A stretch of 64,000 bases of DNA from a virus (taxonomy: Duplodnaviria > Heunggongvirae > Uroviricota > Caudoviricetes): positions 24,725-88,724 of IMG/VR virus record IMGVR_UViG_3300036790_000261; one strand, written 5' to 3'. Below the pieces are notes generated by a model that worked only from the letters and a program-made list of their open reading frames with translations, did no database searches and was not told where the DNA came from. Made by a program: the position numbers and the translations under genes. This document shows positions 63,588 to 64,000 of the stretch, piece after piece (position 1 is the first letter of the stretch; each line of letters opens with the position of its first letter).

Positions 63588-64000
63588 TTGGCGGTACTGG
63601 GGTTCGCGCAGCTGTGGGAAGACCTCGCGTCCCCGCAGGTTGACTGGGGCGCCTACGCGCTGCGGAACTTCATCGGCGAGAAGCGCAATCACGGAGGCGA
63701 GCTCCCGCCCCTCGAAGGCCAGGTAGTCCCCCCTGGTGAGGAACCCCAGCAGCCACCGCAGCAAGCCCCGTCCGTCGCCGCGTTCTACGCGCAGAAGGGG
63801 TCCCCCTGGGGCAGTATCGAGAAGACCCTGGAGGAAGGGCGCAACAACGGCACGATGCGCCTGGCCGCCTCAATCCGCTCAGCCACCGCCTGGTCGGTCG
63901 ACCACGCCATCAGCCACATGACCGACGAGGTCTGGCCGCACGTCACCGCGATTTCCAAGCCCGACGAGTTCAGCTACAGCGAGTTCACCGAGGTCATCCG
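63588..64000 (+). CDS. hypothetical protein, 3'-truncated by window end (possible continuation of primase module)
   Basis: TTG/GTG start ~63588, open to end of window, good GC3. Confidence 0.35.
   Translation, partial: MAVLGFAQLWEDLASPQVDWGAYALRNFIGEKRNHGGELPPLEGQVVPPGEEPQQPPQQAPSVAAFYAQKGSPWGSIEKTLEEGRNNGTMRLAASIRSATAWSVDHAISHMTDEVWPHVTAISKPDEFSYSEFTEVI

Overview
High-GC (~68%) actinobacteriophage-type sequence (Streptomyces-like codon usage, GGAGG Shine-Dalgarno sites, many overlapping small genes), reading mostly rightward to ~51.8 kb, then a leftward block 51.8-61.7 kb, then rightward again. The window holds a late/structural module: glycosyltransferases plus a SAM-methyltransferase, a gp6-like connector, a major tail protein, G/GT-type tail chaperones, a 1626-aa tape-measure protein with a C-terminal SLT lytic-transglycosylase motif, and two giant glycine-rich minor tail/fibre proteins of 1744 and 1321 aa. 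It is interrupted by three free-standing HNH homing endonucleases. Next comes a Cas4/RecB-like exonuclease carrying a LAGLIDADG intein. A polysaccharide module follows: vWA protein, a processive GT2 synthase with the QxxRW motif, a CE4 deacetylase, a GH16 hydrolase and a secreted protein. After that are an SNF2 helicase, a C5-methyltransferase, a RuvC-like resolvase and many small Cys/His zinc-ribbon ORFs. The leftward block mixes tRNA genes (Arg-ACG at 18.1 kb, Thr-GGT at 51.8 kb, Met-CAT at 56.5 kb, plus degenerate or permuted tRNA-like pieces), a family of ~45-aa Cys-rich peptides, a ParB-like nuclease-domain gene, and four arrays of ~37-bp tandem repeats whose near-palindromic core strictly alternates between a sequence and its reverse complement. 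A conserved palindrome AACTGCC(A/G)CGTGGCAGTT recurs six times downstream of gene 3' ends. All coordinates were derived by hand and may be off by 1-3 nt. All functional calls are motif-level inference from the sequence. The reports highlighted in the findings are the alternating-core repeat arrays next to the ParB-like gene, the phage-borne exopolysaccharide synthase/deacetylase module, the intein inside the Cas4-like exonuclease, and the tape-measure gene with no canonical start codon.
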